Shown: piece after piece, positions 15,705-28,002 of the stretch
Layout: each line of letters opens with the position of its first letter
Numbering within the stretch: the first letter of the stretch is position 1
Source: Klebsormidium nitens
Taxonomy: Eukaryota > Plantae > Klebsormidiophyceae
Direction: 5' to 3'
Assembly (NCBI GenBank): GCA_000708835.1
Contig: DF237635.1
Span: 1 to 43,690 of the forward strand
DNA: 43,690 nucleotides
Notes under the pieces: model-generated
Told to the model about the DNA's origin: nothing
What the model saw: only the letters and a program-made list of their open reading frames with translations
The model's database searches: none
Translations under genes and position numbers: made by a program

Positions 15705-16457
15705 TCAGAAGCCGTTTGGAGGACGGTTAGGTAGTCAATCGATGGGAGATCTTATCCTTCTCGACGAATGCTTTTGTACATTTGTCATATGGTTTTGTGA
15801 CAAGGGTGCTTATTGCTCATCAATCCTCAACGCTTGGCACGGAATAATGCTTGTGTGGTTCATTGTTCTACTGCACCGTACTTTATGGAATATTGCTTAC
15901 GTGATCGCCACTGGTGTTTTGCTTGCTGATGGCCAACCTCAACCAAAAATGCACGACTCACATTAGACTAATTTGTGCAGCAGATGCTAATGTTGTGCAA
16001 GTGGCGGTGGGACCCATATGAAACAAATGTTGTAAGCGTATGAACAAACAATCGCATGCATGGCTGCTTGTGTCCATGGGGATTGCAACTCCTTGGAGCG
16101 GGGCCTTATCGATTGCATATGATTTACCTATGGTCGTCTAGACTCTATCAGGCAAGTAGGCATTGCATCAATCACATGGTTGCATGCGCAACATATCTAC
16201 TCTTCAATGAAAATTACAAATCTTGAGCCACACATGCGCGTGCGCTTGCATGATGGCATGAGCGTCATAGTTTCAACAAACTGACCGTCCCCCAGAGGCG
16301 CGGCCAGCACTTTTGAGGGGGATTCCTCTGGGGGAGGGTCTAGTTACTATTGCATGGCAAGTCAGTATTCGACTTTTAGGGTTTGTAATCTGCAGTTTAG
16401 GCACAAGACCGGACATATGGCCAGCTGTCCGGCTCTCCTCAGACCTAGGAAGTAGCC

Positions 16458-16523
16458 ATGGCGGACACGCGAGTGACACCATTTCCTGAAAGGCCAAAAC
16501 TTCAAGCAAAAGGCTCGCAAAAG
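16458..16523 (+). CDS. Candidate first coding exon of the GT61 gene (MADTRVTPFPERPKLQAKGSQK)
   Basis: Strong Kozak context gccATGGcg and a phase-0 donor AAG|GTAGCT, compatible with the phase-0 acceptor at 18872. It implies a 2.35 kb intron; there is no homology support. Confidence 0.35.
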
Positions 16524-18779
16524 GTAGCTAGGTAGTTGGGCCCTGGGGCCAGCCGCCAGTAAAAAGTAAAAGCAGAAGTGTTCCGATTGGCCTGGAAGGT
16601 CCAGGGAGACGGAGAAAGCTTTGCAAGTAGTGTTGCTTTTTCCGTCATGGGGTCCAAGTCAAAGATGTCGCTGTCTGCGGATGCGGATTGGAGCATCCAT
16701 GCGACTTCTGGCGCTTTTTAGAAGAGCAACGTAAGAGAATTGGGACACCAATCCACCCAGTCTATACAAATGACGTTCTCTTAGGAAAAATTTATTCAAA
16801 TCCTTGCTTAGGTTGGCCCCAATTGCTTACAGCCTTCTTCGCATGCACGCTCTTAAGCCATCAATCTCAACACCAGTGTCAAAACGATTCAATAGGGCAG
16901 TGATTGGGACAGTACCTTTGGATGTGACAAGTTCAACACAATCTGGATTGACCAAAAGAGGGCAGAGGTTTAGATTCGCTTTTCAATCAGTGAAGCACAT
17001 CTGCAGTCAGCAGGGCCTTCTGTGAGACACTTCAGATGGCTCTACTGTGTTGTCAATTGAGAGTAAACCTGATTAGTCTATTGTTTCACCTGTAGTAGCG
17101 ACTGTTTACTTGGAAGAAGTGGCACTCTACATGTGGAGCTGTGAATCAAAAACCCTGTCCGTTCATTCCTCATGTTGTATGATTGGTCCTTGTTCTGGCG
17201 CCGGTGCTCGATCCTGTGCTGTCGCATGTTACCTGCCGGACACTGTCCGGTTACGGACTGTGGTGTAGTAACGGGCAATTGCTCAATCTGCACCAGCTTT
17301 TGAGGACCTCAGAGAATCAAGGGTCTAAAAGTGCTGCAAAATTCTCAAATCCAGGTCCAAATGGACAATGGCGGGGCTGCGCCCGTGCAAGACGACTTCT
17401 GCGCCAGTACTGCGGCAGCAAGCATGGAGTTTGACGGGTACGACTATTGGCCTTGACCAGACAGCTGGAACGTTCTATGAACACCAGCCTTACCTTACGC
17501 CTTTCAATATTGTTCAAATGAGCTCAGGACTCTTTGAGCTGCAGTGTCGCTCGGATAGGGCGCTGGAGCAAAGTGAAGTGTCTACTCAAGCTCAGCTACA
17601 TTTTGGCGGGAACGAGCCTGACAGGATTTACGTTCAAGAGTCACATCAAAGACATACCACGAGATGCTCTCAAAGGGCCAGGTTTGCTGAAGCTCTATGA
17701 GGCCTTTGTACAAGGAATGATTCCATTTTGGTGACCTTACATGTGTTATGCCTCCGTCAGTTTGGCGGCTTGCTTGAACTTAGCCGCTGTTCTATGCGGT
17801 GAGTATTTGCCCAAGTGCCCTCTCGATGAAAAGTCTGCGGAGGAGCTTTCCGTGCCGGTTGGTCGAGCTGAAAGACCCGTGAGAAGCAAGGTGGGTCCGT
17901 AAGAGAAAACATGTAGTTCTAGCAGTGGGTTTCCGATCTGACTTGAAACCTGGACGAGGGGTTCTCTCAGATTGTTTGTTAAGCGTGCCTGCGAGTATCA
18001 TACTTGCGTCTTGACTCTCGCAGGCACCTTCCGGAGGCGTCTGCAGTTTCGACCTCGTACGCATCGAGGGAGGGCGTTTACGCGGCGAATGCATGGCAGG
18101 CTCCTGCATTGTGGGGGGTGTCTGGTGATACAGAGGTGGGACGTACTGCCTAACGTGACAGCTGTACTGCGTGGATTGCATGTGGCTGCAGTGACCCTTC
18201 AGAGGTAGTCTTGAGGTCGATTAGAATCCTGGCAGTCTCCGTCTGCCATGGTAGTTGTCTCCGTCAAGAGTCGCTGACAAGACCGAAATCTGCCCGTCTT
18301 TGATGATTCCGAGGTTGGGATACCCTAACTCAATGAAGTGGGGGTCAGCAAGCTGTTGTTCAGGACAAAAGGCTCTGCAGGGAATGTGATGTTTAGTAGT
18401 CCAGAAGTTGGTTTGCCGGCTACTTCGGGTTTCTTCTATCCAGTTTTGCGGTGCCTTACGTTGGAAAACTGAACCCATTTGCGCAAAGGGCCCGGCGAAG
18501 TGTCTGCGATAAAAGCGACCACAAAGACGCCACTTAGGAAGATTCGGAAACGTTGAGCTCGCCGTTCCTGAAAGAGGTTTGGATGGACTGGACAACAGAG
18601 TTCTGTAGCCACTGTATTGGGTCTTACCGTCTGCGAAAGTCCGTCTTCAGCTGAAGAACTCTTTCAACTGTGCGACTGATGACATCGCTTCTTCTCGGCT
18701 CCCTTCCGAGTTTGCAACGAGCTCAACGCTGTGCATACTCGATAACGAACGAGCCCTCGTTTGCCAAACGTTTTGCACC

Positions 18780-18837
18780 CCCGGGCTTCACTACATTCTG
18801 TATCCCACACGCCCGGGCTTCACTACATTCTGTATCC
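18780..18837. repeat. Direct tandem duplication (32 bp period) just upstream of the GT61 exon acceptor
   Basis: CCCGGGCTTCACTACATTCTGTATCC occurs at 18780-18805 and 18812-18837. Confidence 0.9.
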
Positions 18838-18871
18838 AGCCTCTGACGTCATCATCACATTATTGTTGCAG

Positions 18872-21800
18872 CGGGGAGGTGGCGACAGTCCAAGCTCGAC
18901 GGCCTCCGGCCCCACTTTCCGGATCAGCGCGACGGACAAGGACGGGCGGCTCAGCTCGCCAAGCTCGAGAGGAAGGCACCAGTTTGGGTACGTTACAAAC
19001 CCTGTTATTGTCCTTTTATGAATAGAACCCCATGAGTGAGCTGGAGCTGGGAGGTAGGTGATCTTGAATACGCCACGATTGTGCTGTCAACCGTGCAATG
19101 TCCAAAAACCAGTCGCGGTTCGCAGCTGTTGAAGGCCGGACAAGCTGTCAGCAAAACGAGACAGCTGGCAAGGGACAGCTGTTTCCTGCGTGCAAAACGT
19201 TATGTACCACCAGACTGGAAACCTTGGTTAAAAGAACGAAAGCGCTTGTTCGGTCCTACGCCGATCTCGACGCAGCTCCGTCGAGGGCCTTGTCTTGTTA
19301 TGGTCAGCGAGCAGTTTGGCGTGGTTTTGAATGGGGGAACTGCAGTGCAATTGTCGTTTGTATCTGACAGCGAACCGCCTCTCTAAGTCGGGGTGGTTAC
19401 GCGTCGAAGCCCCTGCAAGTGACCAGCTTTTAAGCCTTGGGGTACTGCTTCGCCATAAGTGCCATATTAGGGCGGTACGATGCACTCACCATTGGACCTT
19501 GAGACGAGCTTCCCGATCCAGTCTGTCATCGCTGCATCTTCCTCGACTTTTTGCACTGTTCATGCGGGTGACGCCATCCGAGCTCAACAATTCGAGCTCG
19601 GTTCTGCTTAGAATCTTGTGGGTCCGCTGTGCAGTTTGATTCAATTGCAACTAAACTCCGATTTGAGCTTCCTTTTCGCCTTGACTCTTTCCTCGCGAAT
19701 CAACGGACAAGTCTCTGGCGCTCTCTGCAGCGGCCGTGTCGGCGTGTTCGACACCGACACCCTGCCGAGCCCCAGCCACCGAGCGACCGCGAAGGACCGC
19801 CCCGCGCCGTCCAAGCTGCCCAATCCCCTCAAACGCGTCCAGCTCTGCTCGCAAATCCTAATGGTCGCCCTCTGCGTCTTCACCGTCATCCCGTTCGTCT
19901 ACCGCGTCCCCGTGGCGCGTCACGGGCTCATCTTCCCGAGCGGCGACCGCCGGTTTCTGTACGCGGAGCTCTCCCCCGGGGACCCGTTTCTCGTTCCCGA
20001 CGCGGGGCCGGCGCCGCCCGGGAAGACGCACTTCGGCCCCGGGGTGATCGACGCCGAGAAGGTCCGCGCGGCGGTGCTCGACTCGGACGAGCGCGCGAGG
20101 GCGGGGCTCGTGCACGCGGTCGCCGGAGCGGGCGCTGACTCGGGCGAGCCGGCCGCGACGCCCGAGAGCCACTTGGATGATGTCACCCCGTCCAACACTA
20201 CCGGTGGGCTGTGGGGCGGGATCTTCGCGGCGGCGGTCCGGGAGGAGTTCGAGTGCGACCGGTCGTCGCCGCTGACGGACGTGTGCACGATCCGGGGCGA
20301 CGTGCGCATAAACGTGACGTCGGGCGAGATCGTGCTGTTTGCGCGCAACCCGCAGACGCCGCGCGGGCAGCGGTTCATTCGGCCGCACCCGCGGAAGTGG
20401 AACTGGGGGCTCATGGAGGGGAGCGTGACGCAGTTCACGGTCCAGTCGGTGGATTACAACGACCCCAACGCCCCGGTCATGGAGTGCGCGAAGCGCAACA
20501 CGGCGCCGGGGGTTTTGTTCTCGGTCGGCGGGTTTTGCGGGGGTGTCTTCCACGACTTCAACGAAGTGTACCTGCCGCTGTTCGAGACGACGCACTCGTA
20601 CGAGCGGGATGTCGTCATGCTGGTTGCGGATCTGAAGGGCGACTGGTGGTGGCACGACGCGCCGCGGCGGAGCTTCGTCGGGGCGATGACGCGGCACGCG
20701 ATCCGGCTCGTCGGGCGCGGGATCGACACCGAGAGCTACGCGCAGGGGGTGGAGTGTTTCGACCATCTCACGTTAGGCCTGTACCAAAACCTGTGTATGT
20801 ATGATGAATTTGGCGGGAGGGAAAGCCGGGCGTTTGCGCGTTCGAACGTGAAAGACTTTGCGCCGTACGTTAGGAAAGGCCTCCAGATGCCGGAGCCCCC
20901 GCTAAAGTGGGTCTTCGTGCCGAACGACACGATTCCCGTAGTCGGAATCGTCCAGAGGATGAACACGCGGAAGTTAGTGAACTACAAAGAGCTGCTAGAG
21001 GTGGCGGAAAAAGAGGGGTACAAGGTTGTGCCGATCACGTTCGAGCACCTGAGCCCCGAGCAAGCCGCGGAGACGATGGCGAAACTAGACGTGTTGGTCG
21101 GGGTGCACGGCGCAGGGCTGAGCAACATTTGCCTCATGCGCCCCGGGGGGGTGGTTCTGCAAATAATGCCGTACGGAGAAGGGGGGGCTAGAAACATGAT
21201 CGGGGTTGAGTATAAGAACTTTGCCGCGGCGATGGGGGCGGAGTATCTGGAGTGGAGCGTCCCGGTGCACGACAGCACGATCAAGGACCAGTACAGCCAC
21301 TCCGACTGGATCGTCACATCGCCGCTCATGTGAGTGGATGCATTGTTCTTCCTTAGGATAACGGCTTGGGGTAGTCAAACATCATCCGGTCGTTTCTGAG
21401 GTTGAAACTACTGACGGCGTTTGATTGCGCTGCACTCGTGAGCCCTGCACGGTCATTAGGTTGACCTATAAGGACGTTTCTATGCCAGCATTTGCTGATA
21501 GTTCGTTTTTGTATATTTCTCTTGCTCTTTGTCGAGAAGGGGTTGCAGACGAGATGTTTGGAGAGTCGAAATCTGGATTCTGTCCGGTCGAGCCGAGCGA
21601 GAGATCAGGGAAGAGGTTCCTGCTTGCCACGTCCTAGCGCCTTTCCATGCTAGATAGCTCTAGAGGAAGGTGTTCAATTTGCAGAGTAAATCCTTCGTTT
21701 TCCAGTGGCGAGAATCCTCTAACTGACCACCTTAAGGATTCCAAAGAACGAACTTGACATTAGTTGGTGCGCCAGAACGTATCAGGTGCGAAGAAAGCGC

Positions 21801-21968
21801 TCCTCTCTTTGCAGGATCTGGAAGCATCGCGGGCAGGACGCGATGAACATCTACCACAGTCAAGACGTTGTCATGCCGGAGGACATGTTGGCAGCCTACC
21901 TTCGTCAAATTAAGAGGACGCTCCACTTGAAAGCGAGGCTAGCGCAAGAGCTAGAGGCCAAGTCATAG
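18872..21968 (+). CDS. Glycosyltransferase family 61 (DUF563; land-plant xylan arabinosyl/xylosyltransferase-like), 5' end uncertain
   Basis: Exons 18872-18987, 19731-21329, 21815-21968 (phases 0/2/2 consistent, 622 aa). TM segment ILMVALCVFTVIPFVY. GT61 motifs CDRSSPLTDVCTIRGDVR, IRPHPRKW, VLFSVGGFCGGVFHDFNEVYLPLF, ECF, DVLVGVHGAGLSNICLMRPGGVVLQIMPYG. The donor GTGAGT at 21330 replaces the apparent ORF stop. Confidence 0.9.
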
Positions 21969-22700
21969 TGGCGGGCGGTTCGTAAGTGCAGCGTGGTGAG
22001 CTTTCCGCGTCAGCACCGCTTTTGTTTCTTTCGGTGTGACCCTTTCTCCGGGAGCGCAATACGAAGTCTATCTGTGGTCAAAGTGTGGCAAGCTCTAGAG
22101 CTGCGATTCGAAACCGGCAACGGGTGCGACAAAGGTTGAACGAAGTTGGAGAGGGATGGCAGAGAGCTGTTTGCGAAGAATCGAGGAGTGCCTCTTTTTG
22201 CGCGTCTAGTCTCATGGTAATGATCTGACAAAGACAATGGGTTCCTAGTACTGTGCGCTTGCTAATCCAGCAAAAGATTGGAGAACGCGAGGGAAGCTGT
22301 TGCTGATTTAGTTGCGTCTTATCTCCTGTGCAGGACTCCCTCACTCCGCTCCCGTGTGGATCCCACACGATAAGATCAGTCAATACAAAGGCGCAATGGT
22401 AAGCCGGGAATGTCATGATCTGGTTGTATCTTTTTTCTTGGTCCGATCCGCCAGCATGCTGGAGGGAACGAGTTTGATGGGTGTACACGAATCAAGTCTA
22501 TCTAGCTTGTTTTGTACGTCTTGATTCTTATGAGCAACTTCGTAGGGCTTGAAAGTTTATATGTTCTTCACTGTTGCAACCCTTCCTATCCATAGTGACG
22601 ACCGTTGAAGACTTAAGCTGCTCACGTGTCTGTTCCTCTTTGCAGCCTTCTCGTCGACTTCCGTGAAGTTTGACGAGTCGTGGAATCCGACAGCTATGAG
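21969..22700 (+). other. Probable spliced 3' UTR of the GT61 gene
   Basis: Donor GTAAGT at 21982. Acceptor ctcctgtgcag ending 22333 with donor GTAAGC at 22399 (65 nt exon). A further acceptor ttcctctttgcag ends at 22645. Confidence 0.4.
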
Positions 22701-24104
22701 ATCATGTTAAAACGAAAGTTCGGCCTCGGGCAACCCTCGTCTGATTATCCAATGCAAGACGACCTAGTGGTAGAAATGCGAAACAGTGCGCAATGTGCAT
22801 AAGCACAGAAGGCTTTACGAGTTGTCGCGTTTATAGGTGTTTATAGATTTGGACAGTCAGAAGCATCTGACAGCTGATTGCTTGATGTATGGAGAGAAAA
22901 AATTCTCCGAAGACCTGAATGTACGATGGACAAACTGAGGCCGGTGAACGCCCGTTCGCCCTTCCCTGCAAAACTGTCGATTCGTGCTTGACCGTCATGA
23001 TCGATCAGAAGGGCTACCTGCGAGCTAGAGCACTGCAACAGGATGCCAGATGCAAAGCGGCGTTGGCACTATGCCATGTGCATGCGCCAAGACAACCAAG
23101 TTGAAAGTTGTTGCTCTTTAATTGGTGCATGTGGCCGCGCAAGCGATTGAAAAAGACCAAGTCAAAGTATATGCTTCATGCAGCGCTGCGGGCCTGGGAG
23201 CATGGCGAGTATCCACGGTCAGCGCTCACGTTAGAATGCATGTTTTGATTGATTGGCGCCACGCGCCACATATGCAGCTTCAGTCTTGGCGGCCGACCCT
23301 ATTGTATAACTTACTCGTAGAATGATAAGTGCATGCACAAGAATCGATCCCAGTATATACTCAAGTGAACAATGTGACATGATCATGTCAAATTGTTCAC
23401 ATCTGTCGGCCATCAGTAAGCTGCACACCGGCGCTTACTCCATTTGAGCTCACCGAACTCTGTACATAATCCATGACAGCCTTGCCGGGTGAATAGACTC
23501 GATCGGAAGAGGTAGCCCTCACCGACTTACGAACGTATCAGAACCAAGTCCTCCCCGGCCTTGACAAGTACACAACATTTTGTTGGGAGTTGTCAAAAGT
23601 GAACCGCCGGAAAGCTCTACATGATGCGTTTCCCAAGTTGAAGGGACGCACACGCTGCACCATTGTACATGACCAACCTACCGGGGCCCAGAACGTCAAC
23701 CCTACCACGTCTCCAAGCTAGCATAAATTCATGATATCGTGCAAGCTTAGTGTTAGGGCAAGTCAGGCCTATAGAGGGTCACCCAAGGTAGGCACACAAT
23801 AACATCAGTGTAGGTAGTGTACATGCAGTGGTAGAGTAGCTTTTCTAATTAAACGTTCAGACTCGCAACAAAATGTGTACTCGCTCTCAGGTCCATGGCT
23901 CACGCTACGGCCTTATAAAAGATGCATACATACATACATCAGCTTGTCCGTTCTTACTCTGTCTGAACGCCCATTTAAGTCTCGTTTATATACAGTTCGA
24001 AGATTGACGTGTCAATACCGTGCGAGGCTCAAGCCTTGATGCTCTACTTTACAATCTAGGCACGCTTAAACGCAACAAAACACTCGCTCCTTTAGAAGTT
24101 GATG

Positions 24105-27074
24105 TCAGGTCACATGGCACAGATCGGAAGACTGCTTGGAGCTCCCTCTATGGTACCCGAAGGCGCCGTAACCCACGCCTAACCCAGCTAGCACAGCGAG
24201 AAACAACCCTCCATTGAAGGTCATGACGATCAACATGATCAAGTAACTGCTGCCGAGATTCACGGCGTATAGAAAAGACAGCAGAAAACGAGGTGCGGCG
24301 GTCCCAGGCCACGTTTTGGGTTTTCTTGAGGAAGTGGGTTGTAGGTCCGTTCTGCAGGGAGAGACTTTCGTCACGTTCTAATCCGAGTTCCTCTTGGAAC
24401 AGGCTTTAGGTTAGGTAGCGTAAGGTTGTAAACCCTAGGAACGGATGGGATAGGTTCGCTTCCAGGATTCAGGTTGTTAAGGCTTTCGAGATCCAATCTT
24501 AGGGTAGGGGTACTGAGCACCTTGATCTGTTGGTCTAGATTTTCAAATCAGTCCGTTACTCCCAGCCAGGCAACTGTTGTACGCCATGCTACCCAATCGC
24601 AAGAGTACGATTGCCAGAACCCTCGCCATAGGGGTGTCGATTACCGGGGCGGAACATGGAACAATGAGTGCTCTGAACCTCCGGATCGAGCGGCGCCGTT
24701 CAAGTAAGGCAGGCCAGTCTCTCTGCCATGAACACAAGGAACCCCCAAGAAGCTTAAACCCAGACTTATATCCAAACTCAAACACAGACCCAAACCAGGA
24801 TGGTGTCGGTCGGCCCAAAGAGCGGTGCAAATGCCCAAAAAAATACAATCCAGTTACAATGCGTTGCCTTAGGGGAGCTCAACGAATGGTGGCGGCCAAG
24901 CTCACTCTTGGTCCCGGCGTTGTGACGACCCCTCTCCGCTTGGCAACAAGTGGAAGTCGAGCGACCTGCAACCAATGTCGAGCCGATTGGCCGTGGTCTC
25001 TGGCCATCCCGAAGCTTATGAGATGGTGATTCCAAGGGAAGAATGTCTTTAGGCGCCGATAACATGAGACGCTGATCGCCTGTCTCGCTTTTGACTGCCA
25101 ATAGAGAGCTGATTACGAAGGCACGTCAAGCAGACAGGGGAGGCTATCCGAGCCCGCGGCCCCTTTGGGCTTTTGAGGTATGGCTCTTCGCTCCAAAAGT
25201 CAGAAACACTTTCAGCGGCGAACAATCAAACCCTTGGAAGATCCTTCCCCCCAAGAATGCGATGAGTCGACATCAAGGTGCCAAACAACCAAGGTGCACT
25301 GAAAGGGCGCATTCCATAATCGCCAATGCCACGCGTAAAGCGACATGGAAACACGCGTCTTCCCTTTGTACAGTTGCTGTCTACGATTCACCTTTTCCCT
25401 GGACATAAGAGTCCCATGGATACGTCTCGCAATAACAATTTGTCCTTAGTTACGCGAACCTTAATATGCACAAAAAACAGCGGCGAGAGATAGAGGGACC
25501 ACTCACTCGTCCGCCCCACTCTTTGACCGCCCCCGGAGCTCAGCGTCGAGGCTGGTGCGGTACGTCGTAAACCACTCGTGCAGCACGCAAAAGAGGAAGA
25601 CACCCACGAGGGCGACGTAGTACTTGGGCCACGACATGATCATCCAGGGCTGGAAAAGAAGGGTCACCTAGAGAAGAGGGGGAAAGTATTGTCAGAATGA
25701 TCTGCTTGGAGGTCCAAATGAGGAAGTAGGAGCATGAGCGGACCTCGAGAAAGGCGCCGCAGTGTTTGGGCCATGACATGGAGGGCTGGAGAAGAAGGGT
25801 TCCCCTACAGAAGAGGGGGAGGTAAAGACTAAGTGAGAAGTCTGGGGATGGGGTGTTGAAAGAAGGAAGCGGCAGCAGGGGCGGGATCCCGACTTGGGCG
25901 CCTGAATGCTGAGCAATGCTGTGATAATCCGGGCTGAAGAGAAGGGAGCTTTTTAACGCAAAAGGGATGATTTTAAAATTTGTGAAAAAGGGCGTAGAGA
26001 ATGAGATGGGAGGACAGGAGGATTGACCGACACGGGGCTAGCAACTTTATCGTCCCGAACGTTGAAGCGGCGATAGTATAACCGGTAAGGTGGGGGGGAT
26101 GATTCAGAAGAAACTTGCGAAGGGGGGGGGTTAACGCACTGGGGAAAACCCTCTTAGATGACCTGAAGTTTTGAGCTAGGATGCCGAATTGGATGAGATT
26201 GAGAGTTGTCTGCCGATGATATGGTGAGGGCCCGGGGAACTCAGAGGTTACTCTGAGAGGAAAAGGGGGGTGAGAAAAACAAACAATGGTATGGTCGACA
26301 ACATATTTTTGTGCGGACCGCAAGTATTCATGGCTGAAATAGGCGGGACATATTTGCAAAGCTCTGGGGGAAAAGTCCAGCTTAAAGGGTCTCATCTCAA
26401 TGTGGCGGGAAAAAGACAAATTGGTTTGTGAACGATAGTTCGTCAAGTGTACAAGGAAGCCGATCAAAGGATTCTCCATATGCAGGACATCCAAATCAGG
26501 CGGCTACTCACACGGTATCAGTAGTGCAGGATCAGAGTGGTCACTCCTACCCTCTGACCGTTATGACTTTAGAGTCCACTAAATGTGTCTTATTCTTCAA
26601 CAAGATTTATACTGAACAATTCAGAGTTCATCTTGAGAATGCGAAATACTGATGGCATGCAGACGAAACCACATAACCTTAATATCCACTTAACGGGAGT
26701 TGTCAGACCGGTTTCCTTGAAGTTTCTGCGCTAATACCAAACTCGACACCAGATTGAAGTGTGTCGTGGATTGCCAGGAGTTCCAACTTCAAGCACTTCT
26801 AAAAACTAGGAAGAAGGATCCTCACAGCATTCGATGATACTTTCAGTAAAGTGAAGCATATTTTCTGCGAAGCCCAACAAAAGGTGTTCTCCAAAGGTTG
26901 AAGCATGCTTTTGGCAGAGCCCATGTCGATATCCTTGTATAGCCCTACTGCTTTTTCATAAAGAAAGGAAGAGCGCACCTCTGGACCCCAGTAAAAAAAA
27001 GAGTGCATCATGTGCATTGCATGGGGCATCGCCTGCGCTGCGGTTGCGACCGCCGCCTCCCCTGCCCCTTCCAT
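24105..27074 (-). CDS. COPT: Ctr/COPT copper transporter, 167 aa, 3 exons
   Basis: Exons 27074-26979, 25667-25507, 24351-24105 (504 nt). N-terminal Met/His motif MPHAMHMMHSFFYWG, then VTLLFQPW, TM1 with HEW, TM2 MxxxM (YLIMLIVMTFNGG), TM3 GxxxG (GLGVG), and C-terminal LCH. Confidence 0.94.
25764..25820 (-). repeat. Decayed copy of the COPT exon-2 acceptor and exon start, inside intron 1
   Basis: Minus strand ccccctcttctgtag|gggaacccttcttctccagccctccatgtcatggcccaaacac versus the true site ccccctcttctctag|gtgacccttcttttccagccctggatgatcatgtcgtggcccaagtac, 137 nt downstream. Confidence 0.85.
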
Positions 27075-28002
27075 GATCTAGCAGAGTTCTTGAGATCAGC
27101 CCTTCAAATCAGTGTTTTCTCTTGGCAGATTCGAAATTGCAGCTGCGCCTGAACTCAGGGGGGTTGCCTTTTGAGGGCCAGCATTAGTCAGTGTGCCAAG
27201 TGGTGAGCTGATAACATTTGGAGCTATTCAAGGGCGAGCTTCATGCCATGGAGCAGTGTGAAAAGTCGACAGAAGGGGCTCCCAGGCGCCGTGAATCGGC
27301 AGCTTGAGTTTCTCGAAGGGGTATACCTAATTAAACACTCAGGGCCCAGGCCCTGTTTTTGTTGAAGTCCACCGGAGCTTGGCTTTAATTTCAAACCGCC
27401 CTGCACCAGTGCTCTGGACAATGTCCGGATACTTGGTGCCCAAATTGCTCCAGGTAAGTTATTTCTGATGAGCGAGGGGAACAGGAGGGCATGCCTGATT
27501 CAGTGATTGCATTTGTGGGAATTATATCCTTGTGAGAGGAAGAGGGTCTACTGAGGTGGTGAGGTGGATCAGCTGTGTTACACCAGGAGGCCACTTTTTG
27601 ATGGGCGATCTATGGGTGGCATTGCTCGATCTTGTTCATTCAGCTGGCGGGGGGAGAAGTTGCATCAAAGGCAGTGATTGCCCTTGCCGTGAGTCTGCGC
27701 ACAAAATAACTTCTGTCTTATTGTGATAGAGTTGGCGCCGTTCAACAAGCAAAGACGCACAGCTGGCAGCGAAAAGGGCACGACTGGCGGGTGTCATCAG
27801 AAAAGGTAGATGTTAGAACAACAAAGACTGGGCGCCCATGTTTTGAAGACATTCAAAAGTAAGAAGCCGGTAGGAAGTGAACAAGGAGATCAACAATGAC
27901 GTTGGTTAGTACTTTGAGTTAAATTGGATCGACATCGAACCGGCTCAATGAGATAAAACCTTCTCCCCCCAACTTACCAGAGGGGGATCCCCTGGACGCA
28001 AG
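27075..28002. promoter_or_regulatory. Divergent intergenic/promoter region between COPT and the GHL10 gene
   Basis: Start codons are ~930 bp apart, head-to-head. A plus-strand donor CAG|GTAAGT at 27454 and an acceptor ending 27980 suggest a 5' UTR intron of the GHL10 gene. Confidence 0.4.

Noticed and set aside
19629-21378. Long overlapping ORFs in other frames and strands (e.g. 19858-20766 minus 302 aa, 20211-20804 plus)
   Set aside because: Shadow ORFs of a GC-rich coding exon; Arg/Pro/Gly-rich nonsense composition with no family motifs.
23460-23880. Cluster of GTAC cores resembling copper-response elements near COPT
   Set aside because: They lie 3' of the gene and are part of the general palindrome enrichment; by eye the COPT upstream region (27075-28002) has only one GTAC.
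24405-24510. Telomere-like words (TTAGG, AAACCCTAG, TTAGGGTAGGGG) in COPT intron 2
   Set aside because: Scattered and degenerate, with no tandem array or inverted-repeat structure.
25973-26494. 173 aa ORF in COPT intron 1
   Set aside because: No recognisable motif, lies in pyrimidine-rich intron sequence, and is not needed for the COPT frame.
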